From a virus (lineage: Duplodnaviria > Caudoviricetes): DNA of 64,000 nt. Under the pieces are notes generated by a model. The model was given only the letters and a program-made list of their open reading frames with translations, was not told the DNA's origin and did no database searches. Within the stretch, counting starts at the first letter, position 1, and each line of letters begins with the position of its first letter. This document shows positions 1 to 10,200 of this stretch, piece after piece. A program made the translations under genes and the position numbers. The DNA is taken from IMG/VR virus record IMGVR_UViG_2595698964_000001, positions 79,987 to 143,986 of that record; one strand, written 5' to 3'.

Positions 1-142
1 GGTAGACTATAGCTTTGTTGAAGAGCTTCGTTGGCTTGAAAGAGCTGTTATGTATCTAATGGATTCTAACTTGTTTGAGGACAACATTGAATCCGAGATC
101 ATCAAAGTAAACGTTTCTATGGGGAGGGTTACTGATGGCTGA
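1..142 (+). CDS. 3' end of a tail/baseplate-module protein (5'-truncated by window edge)
   Basis: Open frame 2 from base 2 (VDYSFVEELRWLERAVMYL...VTDG*) to TGA at 140-142, overlapping the start of the next gene. Confidence 0.6.
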   Translation, partial: VDYSFVEELRWLERAVMYLMDSNLFEDNIESEIIKVNVSMGRVTDG

Positions 143-827
143 TTTTATAAAACACGCTTTGATATATGGGGAGTCTCTTCAAGAGATTTCCCAAAAATAC
201 TTAGACACGCCAGACAGATGGACAGACTTGGTAGTTATTAACAATCTTAAATACCCTTTCGTTGTTTGGGAAGAGAGAACACCCGAAACACCTAAGAATG
301 TAAAAACGATAGGGGAAATAGTTCTAGTTCCTGTAGAAGACGACACAAACCCATTAGAAGGGCTTCATAAGTTTGAAATAGACGACGCTTATGACAGATT
401 GTTGGGCGAAGACTTAAGCTTGTTTGAAGACAACGAACTAGTTAACTTACGAGGAGACGAGATTGGAGAATTCCGAGCAACTAATAGGGGAGACCTCAGA
501 ACTGTCAAGGGAATCACTAACCTCAGACAGTCCCTTGTGTTACGTTTAGCGACTCCGTTAGGAGCGTTACTTCACCATCCTAACTATGGTACGTTGTTAT
601 ATGACTATGTCGGAGATCGAGAAGACTATCAAACTCAACAGAAAATAAAAACTGAAGTCGAACGCACATTAAGATCAGACCCCCGAGTGGCAGACATTGT
701 TATGAACGAGGTGTCTTCTTATCGAGGCATACTAACAATTCAGGTTAGTATTGCGGCACTAGGTATAGATGACATCATAAATCTAGGGATTCGCCTAGAT
801 TCTGAAGGGGTGATAGAATGGGGTTAA
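135..827 (+). CDS. Baseplate wedge protein, gpW/gp25-like, with N-terminal LysM-like motif
   Basis: GESLQEISQKYL..W..L...NNL (LysM-like); RLATPLGALLHHPNYG and LRSDPRV (gp25 family); upstream of baseplate J. Confidence 0.8.
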   Translation: MADFIKHALIYGESLQEISQKYLDTPDRWTDLVVINNLKYPFVVWEERTPETPKNVKTIGEIVLVPVEDDTNPLEGLHKFEIDDAYDRLLGEDLSLFEDNELVNLRGDEIGEFRATNRGDLRTVKGITNLRQSLVLRLATPLGALLHHPNYGTLLYDYVGDREDYQTQQKIKTEVERTLRSDPRVADIVMNEVSSYRGILTIQVSIAALGIDDIINLGIRLDSEGVIEWG

Positions 828-1873
828 AGATAAAAACGTTTCAAGAAGTTCTTATATCTATGGTGGACTGGATTGCTAAAGGGTCTAGGAGACTTGTCGA
901 CTTTACAGAAGGTTCTGTAATAAGGACTCTACTGGAAGCAGTAGCGACAGAGCTGGAAGAATACTATTTTAAATCTTACAACAACATGCTTTATGCAATG
1001 GAGAACGCAGTATATGACGCATTTGGATTCGAGAGACGTCCAGCAACGAGCGCGTTAGGAAACATAGTTGTTGTTTTCTCTAATCCGATTCCATCAGATT
1101 TGGTTATACCGAAAGGTACACGAGTCGCGACAAGTGATGCTGATCCTGTTTATTATCAGACGCGAACTGACTTTAGCGTGAAAGAAGGAGCTTCTGAAGC
1201 TGTTATCGAGGTGTATTGCGTAACTCCTGGCAAGGTCGGTAACGTCCCTGAGAACAGCATAACGGTTATGGTTAATCCTCTAAGTCTTGTGTCTAGAGTC
1301 TATAATCCTGATCGGTTTATAACAGGGAGAGATGAGGAGACGCTTGTTGAGCGGAAACAGCGGTTTAACAAGTTTGTCGAGACAAGAGCAAAGGGTACTA
1401 TCTCGGCCATTGAGTATGGGGCGCTAGAGGTTGAAGAGGTGACTGGTGTTTGGGTTGATGACTCTCAAATTGGAATCATAAAAGTATACGCCCATGACGC
1501 GGCAGGTAATTTATCTGACTCGCTTCGAAAAGCAGTACAAGACAATCTGGAGAACTATAGAGCGGCAGGGATACCCCTATTTGTTTACCCGATTGTAAAA
1601 CTACCTCTTGATGTGGAAGTAGAAATAACTGTCGACTTTAGATACAACAATGACGACTATAAAAACGAGATCGCAGCTAATATTAGAGACTACCTCGATT
1701 CATATGTTGTCTCGCAAGAATACATTGAGTCAGACTTAAACGCGTATATTAGATCATTAGATAGAGTCATTATAAAAAACTGTCGTATTTTGAAACCTTC
1801 AGACGATACTGTAATTGAGCCTAGACAGCTCATCCGTAGCGGTAACATTACAGTTAAACTCGTCTCTAAGTAG
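818..1873 (+). CDS. Baseplate J-like protein
   Basis: DFTEGSVIRTLLEA, PKGTRV, GKVGNV, GRDEET...R, AAGI motifs typical of Baseplate_J. Confidence 0.9.
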   Translation: MGLKIKTFQEVLISMVDWIAKGSRRLVDFTEGSVIRTLLEAVATELEEYYFKSYNNMLYAMENAVYDAFGFERRPATSALGNIVVVFSNPIPSDLVIPKGTRVATSDADPVYYQTRTDFSVKEGASEAVIEVYCVTPGKVGNVPENSITVMVNPLSLVSRVYNPDRFITGRDEETLVERKQRFNKFVETRAKGTISAIEYGALEVEEVTGVWVDDSQIGIIKVYAHDAAGNLSDSLRKAVQDNLENYRAAGIPLFVYPIVKLPLDVEVEITVDFRYNNDDYKNEIAANIRDYLDSYVVSQEYIESDLNAYIRSLDRVIIKNCRILKPSDDTVIEPRQLIRSGNITVKLVSK

Positions 1874-2635
1874 GTGAGTGAGATGTTAAAATTTCTTAGT
1901 GTTATCTTTAAGCAACGTAACTCAAACCCGGACAACGAGGCATTTATAGAAGCTCTTTCAAACCAGCTACAAGTTGCGAACAAAGACGCCGACTTAATGG
2001 AACAAGAACTAGACCTAAGACAGTCGAGTGCGGAGTGGCTTGATGAGTGGGGTAGTTGGTTTGGAGTCAAACGGCTTACTGGAGAAACAGATGAGCACTA
2101 CCGATTCCGGATTCTGACGGCGATGGAAGATAAGGTTACAATCCCAGCTATAAAACGTGGAGTCAAGAAGGTAATGGGCGATGACACTGTTATTAAAATA
2201 TACGAGCCGTTTGAAGAGATTCGTTATTTTAACGTCTCAACGTTTAGCGGGGTGGGACGCTTCCAAGATGGGGACTACTACCGAATTGGAGTCATCGACG
2301 TAATAATAAACAAACCGATTACAGAGGAGTTAATGGCGTTCATAAACACTTTAAAAGCAGCAGGAATTTCTGTAAAGTTTACTTATAAGATGACGCCTCC
2401 ATCTGATCAAATTGTAATCGGAGATGGAGATGACAACCCTGACGTTGTGTATGAAAACGCTGTATCTAACGAGCCCGGGTTTATTGATGAAACTAACGGT
2501 GCGGTATTCTCTGGAGACAATCCTGTACAGAGATATTCCGGAGATCGTGACATTTGGGTACGTACTACGATTAATGACGAAGCATTTGTTTCTCCGATTC
2601 AGGTTGTTGAGATTGAGAAGAAAATTGATAGATAG
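1874..2635 (+). CDS. Baseplate wedge / tail protein (gpI-like)
   Basis: WLDEWGSWFGVKR..GETDEHYRFRI, YEPF, KAAG; directly follows baseplate J. Confidence 0.8.
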   Translation: MSEMLKFLSVIFKQRNSNPDNEAFIEALSNQLQVANKDADLMEQELDLRQSSAEWLDEWGSWFGVKRLTGETDEHYRFRILTAMEDKVTIPAIKRGVKKVMGDDTVIKIYEPFEEIRYFNVSTFSGVGRFQDGDYYRIGVIDVIINKPITEELMAFINTLKAAGISVKFTYKMTPPSDQIVIGDGDDNPDVVYENAVSNEPGFIDETNGAVFSGDNPVQRYSGDRDIWVRTTINDEAFVSPIQVVEIEKKIDR

Positions 2636-2650
2636 GGATGGTGTTGCTAA

Positions 2651-2989
2651 ATGGCTAACGACAAACTTATTAGAGACGCTGACGGGACATTAGTACCTCA
2701 GCATAAAGACTCTACAGGTTGGGTTGAGACAGGAGACGCGTACCCACTACCTGTAAGACCTCTTGTATCCAAAGAGGCGTGGGAAGGTAACGCTGACGAG
2801 ACAAAAACCTTCGAGGCTCCTAGACGGGGGTTCAACATAGTTAACGATGGGGATGCTGATTTGACTTTTACTATTAACGGTACAACTAGACGAGTAAAGG
2901 AAAGTGAAAGCTATTCCGGGACTTTCGACCCATTTACGGAAGTCTCTATAACAACCACAGTCCCATATAGAGCAGAAGTACTCGCATAG
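2651..2989 (+). CDS. Small virion structural protein (beta-rich)
   Basis: Position in tail module; IVNDGDADLTFTING beta pattern. Confidence 0.55.
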   Translation: MANDKLIRDADGTLVPQHKDSTGWVETGDAYPLPVRPLVSKEAWEGNADETKTFEAPRRGFNIVNDGDADLTFTINGTTRRVKESESYSGTFDPFTEVSITTTVPYRAEVLA

Positions 2990-3092
2990 GCAGGTCTAAG
3001 ACCTGTCTTCATTTATTAACGCTATTATAAATAGACGGGTGTAGATCAGATATTTGTTTATAGCATTCCGCATGGACAGAGGAGGTATAAAA

Positions 3093-3620
3093 ATGGCGGT
3101 AAAAACTAGAGCGCACCGGGTTAGCCGGGCGTTAGACTTTTATAAGAAAAACACGATTTATTTCTCAATTGGAAGAACAACTCCTTGGGAGGATGAAAAC
3201 AACCCTCCTCGTACTGAAGACACAACTCCGTTAGAGGAGATGATTGGGATGAGAAAAGCGGACAGAGTTCTGCTTGTAACTCCTTATGATGGAAGTGACG
3301 TCCCTGAAGGCACAGAGATCATCGAGTTTGTAGAAAACTCTTTTTGGAAAGTCGTACCTGAGCAAGACGCACTCAAAGAGTACGCGAGATATGTTTACAT
3401 CGAGACAACTATTAATCCGTCTGACCTACCATTAGGCGCTTACAGACAGGTAGGCGTACATTCAGGAGTAGTTCGTAAAGAAGGTGTCAGCGCTGGAAAG
3501 TTCAACTTACTCCCGGACGAAATCGAAGACACAGGTATGCTCGAGTTGATTGACAATAGGGAGAAGAACCTCAGAGGCGAGAGTACAAGGTTGCTATTGA
3601 ACTTTATTATTAAATTTTAG
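3093..3620 (+). CDS. Baseplate structural protein
   Basis: RBS GGAGG before ATG 3093; IGRTTPWEDENNPP and YRQVG motifs seen in Herelleviridae baseplate proteins. Confidence 0.75.
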   Translation: MAVKTRAHRVSRALDFYKKNTIYFSIGRTTPWEDENNPPRTEDTTPLEEMIGMRKADRVLLVTPYDGSDVPEGTEIIEFVENSFWKVVPEQDALKEYARYVYIETTINPSDLPLGAYRQVGVHSGVVRKEGVSAGKFNLLPDEIEDTGMLELIDNREKNLRGESTRLLLNFIIKF

Positions 3621-3631
3621 GAGGGTTACGT

Positions 3632-6600
3632 ATGTTCGATAAAACAAAACAAGAGCCTTATTTTGACGACTATGATAGCGGTAAACAGTATTCCCAAATT
3701 CTAGCCGTACCGGGTAGAGTTGAACAAGCGCGGGAGTTTACGCAAATTCAAACAATGCTTTTTGACTTCCTTAAGCGAGTTTCTGATACTATTCTCAAAG
3801 ACGGTAGTATCGTAGCTGGTATGGGATTCTCCATTAACGGGAACACGCTGACTGTGGAAGATGGGAGAGTTTACATCGAAGGTAAAGTACACGAGTTCAA
3901 ACAACAGTCTATCGAGATAACAAAGACTGGTACAGAGATAATTGGATTAAAGGTAGACTATTACATCGTAACAGAGGAACAAGACAGTTCTTTGTTAGAC
4001 CCTGCTCAAAATATGCAAAACTATGGGCAACCGGGAGCTCACCGGGTTAAAGCCGTTCCTGTGTTAACTCTAAATGAGAGTGAGGCTGCCGTCCTCTACG
4101 AGTTTGAAGATGGTGAACTAAAAGTTGAGGTTGCGAAGCCGTCCCTTGACGGTATTACTGAAGTCCTCGCAAGACGTACCTACGACGAGTCAGGGAACTA
4201 CCGTGTACGAGGTTTAGAACTTTTTGATGAACCTTTCGACTCTGATAACATCCAGCTTGTTGTTGAGGCAGGTACAGCTTATGTTTTAGGGTACGAGATA
4301 ACTAAGCCAACGCCCGTTAAGAAACGTATTCCAATCTCAAAGGACTTAAAAGCGACACTCAACGAGCCGAAAACTTATGTAACTAACAACCAAAAATATG
4401 TATTGAATAACTTTCCTGCGAAAGAGATAACCAAACTTGTCTCTCAGGTTGAAGTCACACAGACTATGACTCGCGGTAGTGTTGTAGGCGGTGTTGACTA
4501 CTTACCTAAACAGCCTGTTGTTTCAATTCAGTCTGTAAAACAAGGAACTAAGACGTATGTTCAAGGAACTGACTATCAGTTGTCTGCCGACGGGGTTGAC
4601 TGGAGTTTAGATGGTGCTGAACCAGAAGTAGGTTCTTCTTATGAAGTAGTGTATCGCTACAACAAAGAGATGGTTCAAGGTACTGACTACAAACTCTTAC
4701 AAGAGACAGGAAGATGGGGAGAAACGAAAGACTATGTGCAATTCTTGTCTGGCGATAAGCCTGTACCAAACACACAGTTTACGGTAGACTATAAGTTTTT
4801 CTTAGCTAGAAAAGACCTTATTAGTCTCGATAAGAATGGTAACATTGTCGTCACCCCAGGGCAACCAGACATTGAACGACTAGCTGTGGTTCCAACAGTT
4901 ACAAGCGAGGAGTTCTTAAATCTTGGTTATGTTGTCCTCCCTCCGAACAGCGGGAACGCTCAGGCTTACTCTGCTTCAATAACTCGTCTCGAGATGGGTG
5001 ATTTACAGAGAATGTTAAAACGATTAGAGGACGTAGAATTTAACCAAGCGATTACAGCGCTAGACCAAGAAGCGATTGCTGGAGAACCGCCTTCTGAACT
5101 AATTGGAGTTTTCTCTGATGGATTTAAGTCTACTACTCGCGGAGACTTAACTCACCCAGAGTTTGATGTTATGTACTCTCTTGAAGACGGACTTATTATG
5201 CTTCCGATTGTAAACACAAATGATACATCTCCTACGATTAACGAAGGTGAGTCAAACGCAAAAGTTTGGGGACGCGTAATTTCAGCTCCTATGCGAGAGA
5301 TTACTGCAATCAGTCAGCAGTACGCTACAACAACTATGAAGATCAACCCTTATCTTGCATTTAACACTCTTGGTGTTCTCAAACTTAGTCCTGAGGTTGA
5401 TAACTGGATCGAGACTGAGAAAATAAAGATCGAAGAGACTCAATTTAAAGCTCGTAACTTCTATAGATGGTGGACTCACGCTGACGGTCGTCAGAAGAAA
5501 ATGGCGGACATCTGGGACTTACAGATTGATGGTAAAAAACAGACTGTTGGCGATATCCGACTGAAGATTGGAGAACAGGCTACTGCGATCAAAACCGAAA
5601 AGAGTAAGACAGTAGTGGAAGAGGCTATAACTTACATGAGACAGATTGATGTTACCATTGACGCGTCTAACTTGTCGCCAGCTTCAGATAACCTGACTTG
5701 TTACTTCGATGGAGTGAAAGTTAACTTAACACCGTTGAGCGGGTTCTCAAAAGGTACAAACCCGGGAACTGTCCGTTCTAACGCATCAGGAAGAGTGAAG
5801 GCCAAGTTCAAAATTCCAGAGGGTATTCGTACAGGGACACGGGAAGTTGTCCTTACAAACGAATCTAACACTGCTTCAGCTGGATTTACGTCAATCGGTA
5901 CAAAACGGACTACGACTGAGAAAGTCTTAAGAACTAGAATTACTCTAACTGCAGTCGATCCGTTGGCTCAAACTTTCCAGTTTGACGAAGCTAAGATTTT
6001 AACATCTGTAAGTGCGTATTTTGCTGCGAAAGATAATACTAACAACGTTCAGGTTCAGATCAGAAACGTTGTTAACGGCTACCCCGGAAATGTAATCTAC
6101 GGGGAGAAAGTTCTTTCACCTTCAGAGATTAAAGTTAGTGAAGATGCTACAGCTGAGACCAAAGTAACTTTTGATGATCCAATTATGTGCGAAGCCGGAC
6201 AACAGTACTGCGTTGTCTACATGACTGACTCTGCTGCGCATAGCTTGTATGTTGCAGACTTAGGAAAAACAGACATTACGACTGGACAGACGATTACTAG
6301 ACAACCATACCTAGCTGGGCTGTTGTTCTCATCTAAAAACGCTATTGCTTGGACAGCACATCAATCAATGAACATGAAGTTTAAAATATACGTTGCTGAG
6401 TTCGAACCTACAGGAACTGTAGAGTTTGACCCGATCTTTAACATGGAGTCAGACAGACTTCTTTTGTTATCCGATGAACTCACACCTCAGAACACTGGCT
6501 GTATCTGGGATATGAAACTTGATGACGGGGAGTTCAGACCGATTTCAAGTTATCAAGATGTTGAGCTTGAAGCGGTAATCGACAAAGTACAACTGAGAGC

Positions 6601-6988
6601 AACGTTTAAGTCGGACAAAAATATGTCTCCACTTATGGCCGCAGACTCGTTTACATTAGTCGGTTTCCTACAGGCAACCTCAGGTTCATATATCTCTAGG
6701 AACACGACGCTGTTAGAACCGTATACAAACGTTAAGATTGTGTATGACGGGTTCATTCCTAGTGGTTGTACGATAACGCCGCAGTTTAGTTACGACGACG
6801 GTAAAACTTGGATCACCCCGCCTCAGACATCTGCGGTAGAGGTAGAGCTAAACTGGACACGGTACACTCATTCAAAACCAGTCGAAGCTTCTGTGAACGC
6901 GAAAATGTTCCGTGTTCGACTAAATATTCAAGCGGCTAGCTCTGTAGTACGTCCGAAAGTCCGCAAGCTTATGTGCGTAATGAACTAG
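3632..6988 (+). CDS. Adsorption-associated tail protein (DUF4815/VrlC-like)
   Basis: PYFDDYD, PGR..QARE, ARRTYDESGNY, AYVLGYEI, DPLAQTF motifs; 1118 aa. Confidence 0.85.
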   Translation: MFDKTKQEPYFDDYDSGKQYSQILAVPGRVEQAREFTQIQTMLFDFLKRVSDTILKDGSIVAGMGFSINGNTLTVEDGRVYIEGKVHEFKQQSIEITKTGTEIIGLKVDYYIVTEEQDSSLLDPAQNMQNYGQPGAHRVKAVPVLTLNESEAAVLYEFEDGELKVEVAKPSLDGITEVLARRTYDESGNYRVRGLELFDEPFDSDNIQLVVEAGTAYVLGYEITKPTPVKKRIPISKDLKATLNEPKTYVTNNQKYVLNNFPAKEITKLVSQVEVTQTMTRGSVVGGVDYLPKQPVVSIQSVKQGTKTYVQGTDYQLSADGVDWSLDGAEPEVGSSYEVVYRYNKEMVQGTDYKLLQETGRWGETKDYVQFLSGDKPVPNTQFTVDYKFFLARKDLISLDKNGNIVVTPGQPDIERLAVVPTVTSEEFLNLGYVVLPPNSGNAQAYSASITRLEMGDLQRMLKRLEDVEFNQAITALDQEAIAGEPPSELIGVFSDGFKSTTRGDLTHPEFDVMYSLEDGLIMLPIVNTNDTSPTINEGESNAKVWGRVISAPMREITAISQQYATTTMKINPYLAFNTLGVLKLSPEVDNWIETEKIKIEETQFKARNFYRWWTHADGRQKKMADIWDLQIDGKKQTVGDIRLKIGEQATAIKTEKSKTVVEEAITYMRQIDVTIDASNLSPASDNLTCYFDGVKVNLTPLSGFSKGTNPGTVRSNASGRVKAKFKIPEGIRTGTREVVLTNESNTASAGFTSIGTKRTTTEKVLRTRITLTAVDPLAQTFQFDEAKILTSVSAYFAAKDNTNNVQVQIRNVVNGYPGNVIYGEKVLSPSEIKVSEDATAETKVTFDDPIMCEAGQQYCVVYMTDSAAHSLYVADLGKTDITTGQTITRQPYLAGLLFSSKNAIAWTAHQSMNMKFKIYVAEFEPTGTVEFDPIFNMESDRLLLLSDELTPQNTGCIWDMKLDDGEFRPISSYQDVELEAVIDKVQLRATFKSDKNMSPLMAADSFTLVGFLQATSGSYISRNTTLLEPYTNVKIVYDGFIPSGCTITPQFSYDDGKTWITPPQTSAVEVELNWTRYTHSKPVEASVNAKMFRVRLNIQAASSVVRPKVRKLMCVMN

Positions 6989-6996
6989 TCACTCTC

Positions 6997-7026
6997 AGCA
7001 ACCTCTTTATAAAGAGGTTGCTTTTT
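6997..7026 (+). terminator. Intrinsic terminator
   Basis: AGCAACCTCTT-TATA-AAGAGGTTGCT followed by T run. Confidence 0.85.
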
Positions 7027-7068
7027 GTTTAATATTATTCTTACAACTAATTAAAGGGGCTGTTTTAC

Positions 7069-7260
7069 ATGGCAGAGATGCAAATCCAACCATCCGGAGG
7101 TATCGCGTTCCAACGCACTCCTGAAGAAAAGAAATTGAGCGCCGAGAAACGGAGACTTCAACAAGAGAAAGAAGAGATAACAAAGTTAAAAGACGAGCTC
7201 GCAGATAAGCTTAGACAAGTTGATTCTCTGATAGATGATCTAAAATCCTCAAGGAAGTAG
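7069..7260 (+). CDS. Small coiled-coil tail-associated protein
   Basis: RBS AAGGGG; 63 aa between adsorption protein and tail fibre. Confidence 0.6.
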   Translation: MAEMQIQPSGGIAFQRTPEEKKLSAEKRRLQQEKEEITKLKDELADKLRQVDSLIDDLKSSRK

Positions 7261-7268
7261 GTGAAGGT

Positions 7269-10200
7269 ATGCCGCAACTAAAACTAAGGTACAACGGTAG
7301 ATGGGTTACAATTGGTGGAGGTCTCTCAGGCGGAGATACGGGAGAAATTGTAGACTACATCGATCAAATCAAAAAGGAACTTCAAAATAATCTTGAAAAA
7401 ATATCAACAGACCTTAACAATACTGATATCTACATTGACGGCGCTTTTCGAGACGGTATTATAACAGAAACTGAAGCCAAGAAAATAAAGGCATATCTTA
7501 ACACTCTTAATACCTCGAAAGTACAGCTTGACCAGCGTTTCGAAGAGATTTATAAAAATATATACTTGCCGGCTTTTAACAAAGAAGGACTAGTGAGCGC
7601 GAACAACACTTATCAGACAGCTTACGAGAACCTTCATAAAACAATTTTAGATGCTATTGTTGACGGAAAAGCGACTGAAGAAGAGTCAAACGCTGTAGAT
7701 ACTGCGTTCGATGTTTATACAAGAGCTCTGTCCCTTCTTGTCTCAGCATTAGAAGTCTCAGTTGATGCTATTAACAACGCAAAGAACAAAGAGACGTTAG
7801 ATAACTCCAAAAAGTACACTGATGACCTTTATGTTCCATTAGACGAGAGAGTTGTAAAAGCTGAATCTGAGATCAAAACAACTAAGGAGCAGATTTCTCT
7901 TAGAGTTACTAAAGAAGAGTTTACACAAGGGTTAAACAACAACTTAGACTCTGCTAAGCAGTACTCTGATACGCAGAAAAAGGCTCTCGAGACCGACTTG
8001 TCAACTCTTCGGGGAGACCTTCAGGAAACAGACGAATACATCAATGGAGCGTTTAGAGATGGAATTGTATACGACTCCGAAAAGATACAGATTGAGGGGT
8101 ACTTGAATACGATCAAAACTTCAAAGAGTCAGTATGATAATCGTTACCAAAGTGTTCATGATAACTCATATCTCCCAGAGACCCCTAAACTAAACCTGGA
8201 GAGCGCTAAGACAGACTACGATACGAAATATAACATGCTTGTACTAGCCATTACAAATGCTATTGACGACCAGCTAGCGGACGATGACGAAACGGCCAAA
8301 GTCAACGCAGCCTTTGACGCTTATAACCAAGCGTTAGCGCTTCTTACCCTATCTTTGGAGGTCGCTATAGATGCGATTAGCAAAGCGAAGGCAGAAGAGG
8401 CTAGAAAGCTTGCAGAGGGCTACGCTGATGAGCTGAAGCAAGGGCTAGACAAAGACATTGCGAATGTACAACAGTCGATTAAGGAAACTGATGATTATAT
8501 TACCCATGCGTTCCGGGATGGACTAGTTAGTGAGACAGAAGCCAAACGAATCGAAGGTTACTTACTAGGTTTGGCTCAGAATCATCAAGCTATTATGGAG
8601 CGTTACACAGAGATTTATGAGAATCCAATGCTAGCTGGAACAGCGAAGACTGACTTGTACCAAAAACAAACTGATTACGCGACGGCTTACGACTCACTTG
8701 TAACGACAATAAATGACGCGACATCAGACGGTCAGACAACAGCGGAAGAGAGCAACAATGTTCAACTAAAGTTCTATGACTATAACAATAGGTTCAAAGA
8801 GCTTACAAAGGCGATAGAGACAGCCATTGACTTCATCTCTACATCAAAAGCGAATAAATCAGAAGAGAACTCAAAAGATTACACAGATGGGAAAGTAACA
8901 CCAATTGAAACCAGACTCACAACTGCAGAGTCAAATATAACTCAAAACGCAAAGGAGATATCGCTGAGAGTTAAAGAAGAGACATATAATCAAGGTATGC
9001 AACTAGTCGATGGAATTGACACACGTCTTAAGTCGGCAGAGTCAACTATTGTTCAACACGCAGATGCAATCAGTCAGCGCGTTACGATAGAGAATTTTGA
9101 TACAAAAGCAAAACAGCTACAACTAGATGCTGACAACGCGAGAAAAGCGGCAGACGCAGCTCAACAAACAGCGGACGCGGCCAAGTCTGGAGTAGATGAC
9201 GCGGTCAAATCAATCTCTGACTTAACATCTGACAACAAGTTGTCTCAATCTGAAAAGACTGAAGCTAAACGTGAGTGGGAAGCGATCAAAGCAGAAAAGA
9301 TAACACTCGAGAAACAAGCAACCGACTATGGAATAACGACAGCAAAGACTAACTATATCGCTGCTTACAATTCTCTCGAGGCGTTTTTAACTCCTCTGAT
9401 TGCAGACTTGTCTACTATATCTGACGTCGATGGCGAGACGTTCCGAGCGAAGTTCAAGGCTTACTATGACACTCGCTCTACGCTACTTCAGGCAATCGCA
9501 TCGGCTTCTAAAAAGCAATCTGACGACTTAGACACTAGGTTAACAAACTTGAAGTATGTAAACGCCAACATACTTGCTGGATCAATGTTCGGGGAAGGAG
9601 ATGTCCTTCCTATTGATTCAGGTACTGTTGTTAGAGTACAGCCAAATGATGGCGATGTTAACAGCTTACAAGTAAAGCAGTACTCTCCTTCTTCTGCGGT
9701 CTATGGATTTAAGACTACTAGACAGACAACTGAGTTTAAAACAGGAACTGTATACACCCTGTCAATGCAAGTGGCTATTGGAGACGTTACAAAACTTGAT
9801 GAGATTTATATTAAGTCTGCTGAGGGAGGATCTCAGAAGCTGCCTTCAATCCCCATAACTTGGTCTGATACTGCGTATAGAACTGTAACACTCACGTTTA
9901 CAAGTAACATTTCAACGTCTAGAGGTTACATTCAAGTCGCAACAGCAGACTTAAGTTCAACAAGAATCGAGTATTTCTATATCAAAAAGTTGAAGATTGA
10001 GGAAGGCGGTGTTGCGACACCGTACATCCCTTCTGGCGCAGACACGGGTACGCTTGGAAGTCAGGTAGCTAAGGCTGAGTCTGAAATAAAGCAAAACGCA
10101 GAGCAGATACAGTTGAGAGTTTCAAAGACCGACTTTAATGGTAAGAACGTAGTATCTATGATTAACCAAACAGCCGACGAAGTTCTCATTGAGGCCAGCA

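Noticed and set aside
3023-7038. TATTAT upstream of putative late genes (3023, 7033, and 34744-34739 on the - strand) as a late promoter
   Set aside because: Only three copies of an AT-only hexamer, with no shared -35; not distinguishable from chance
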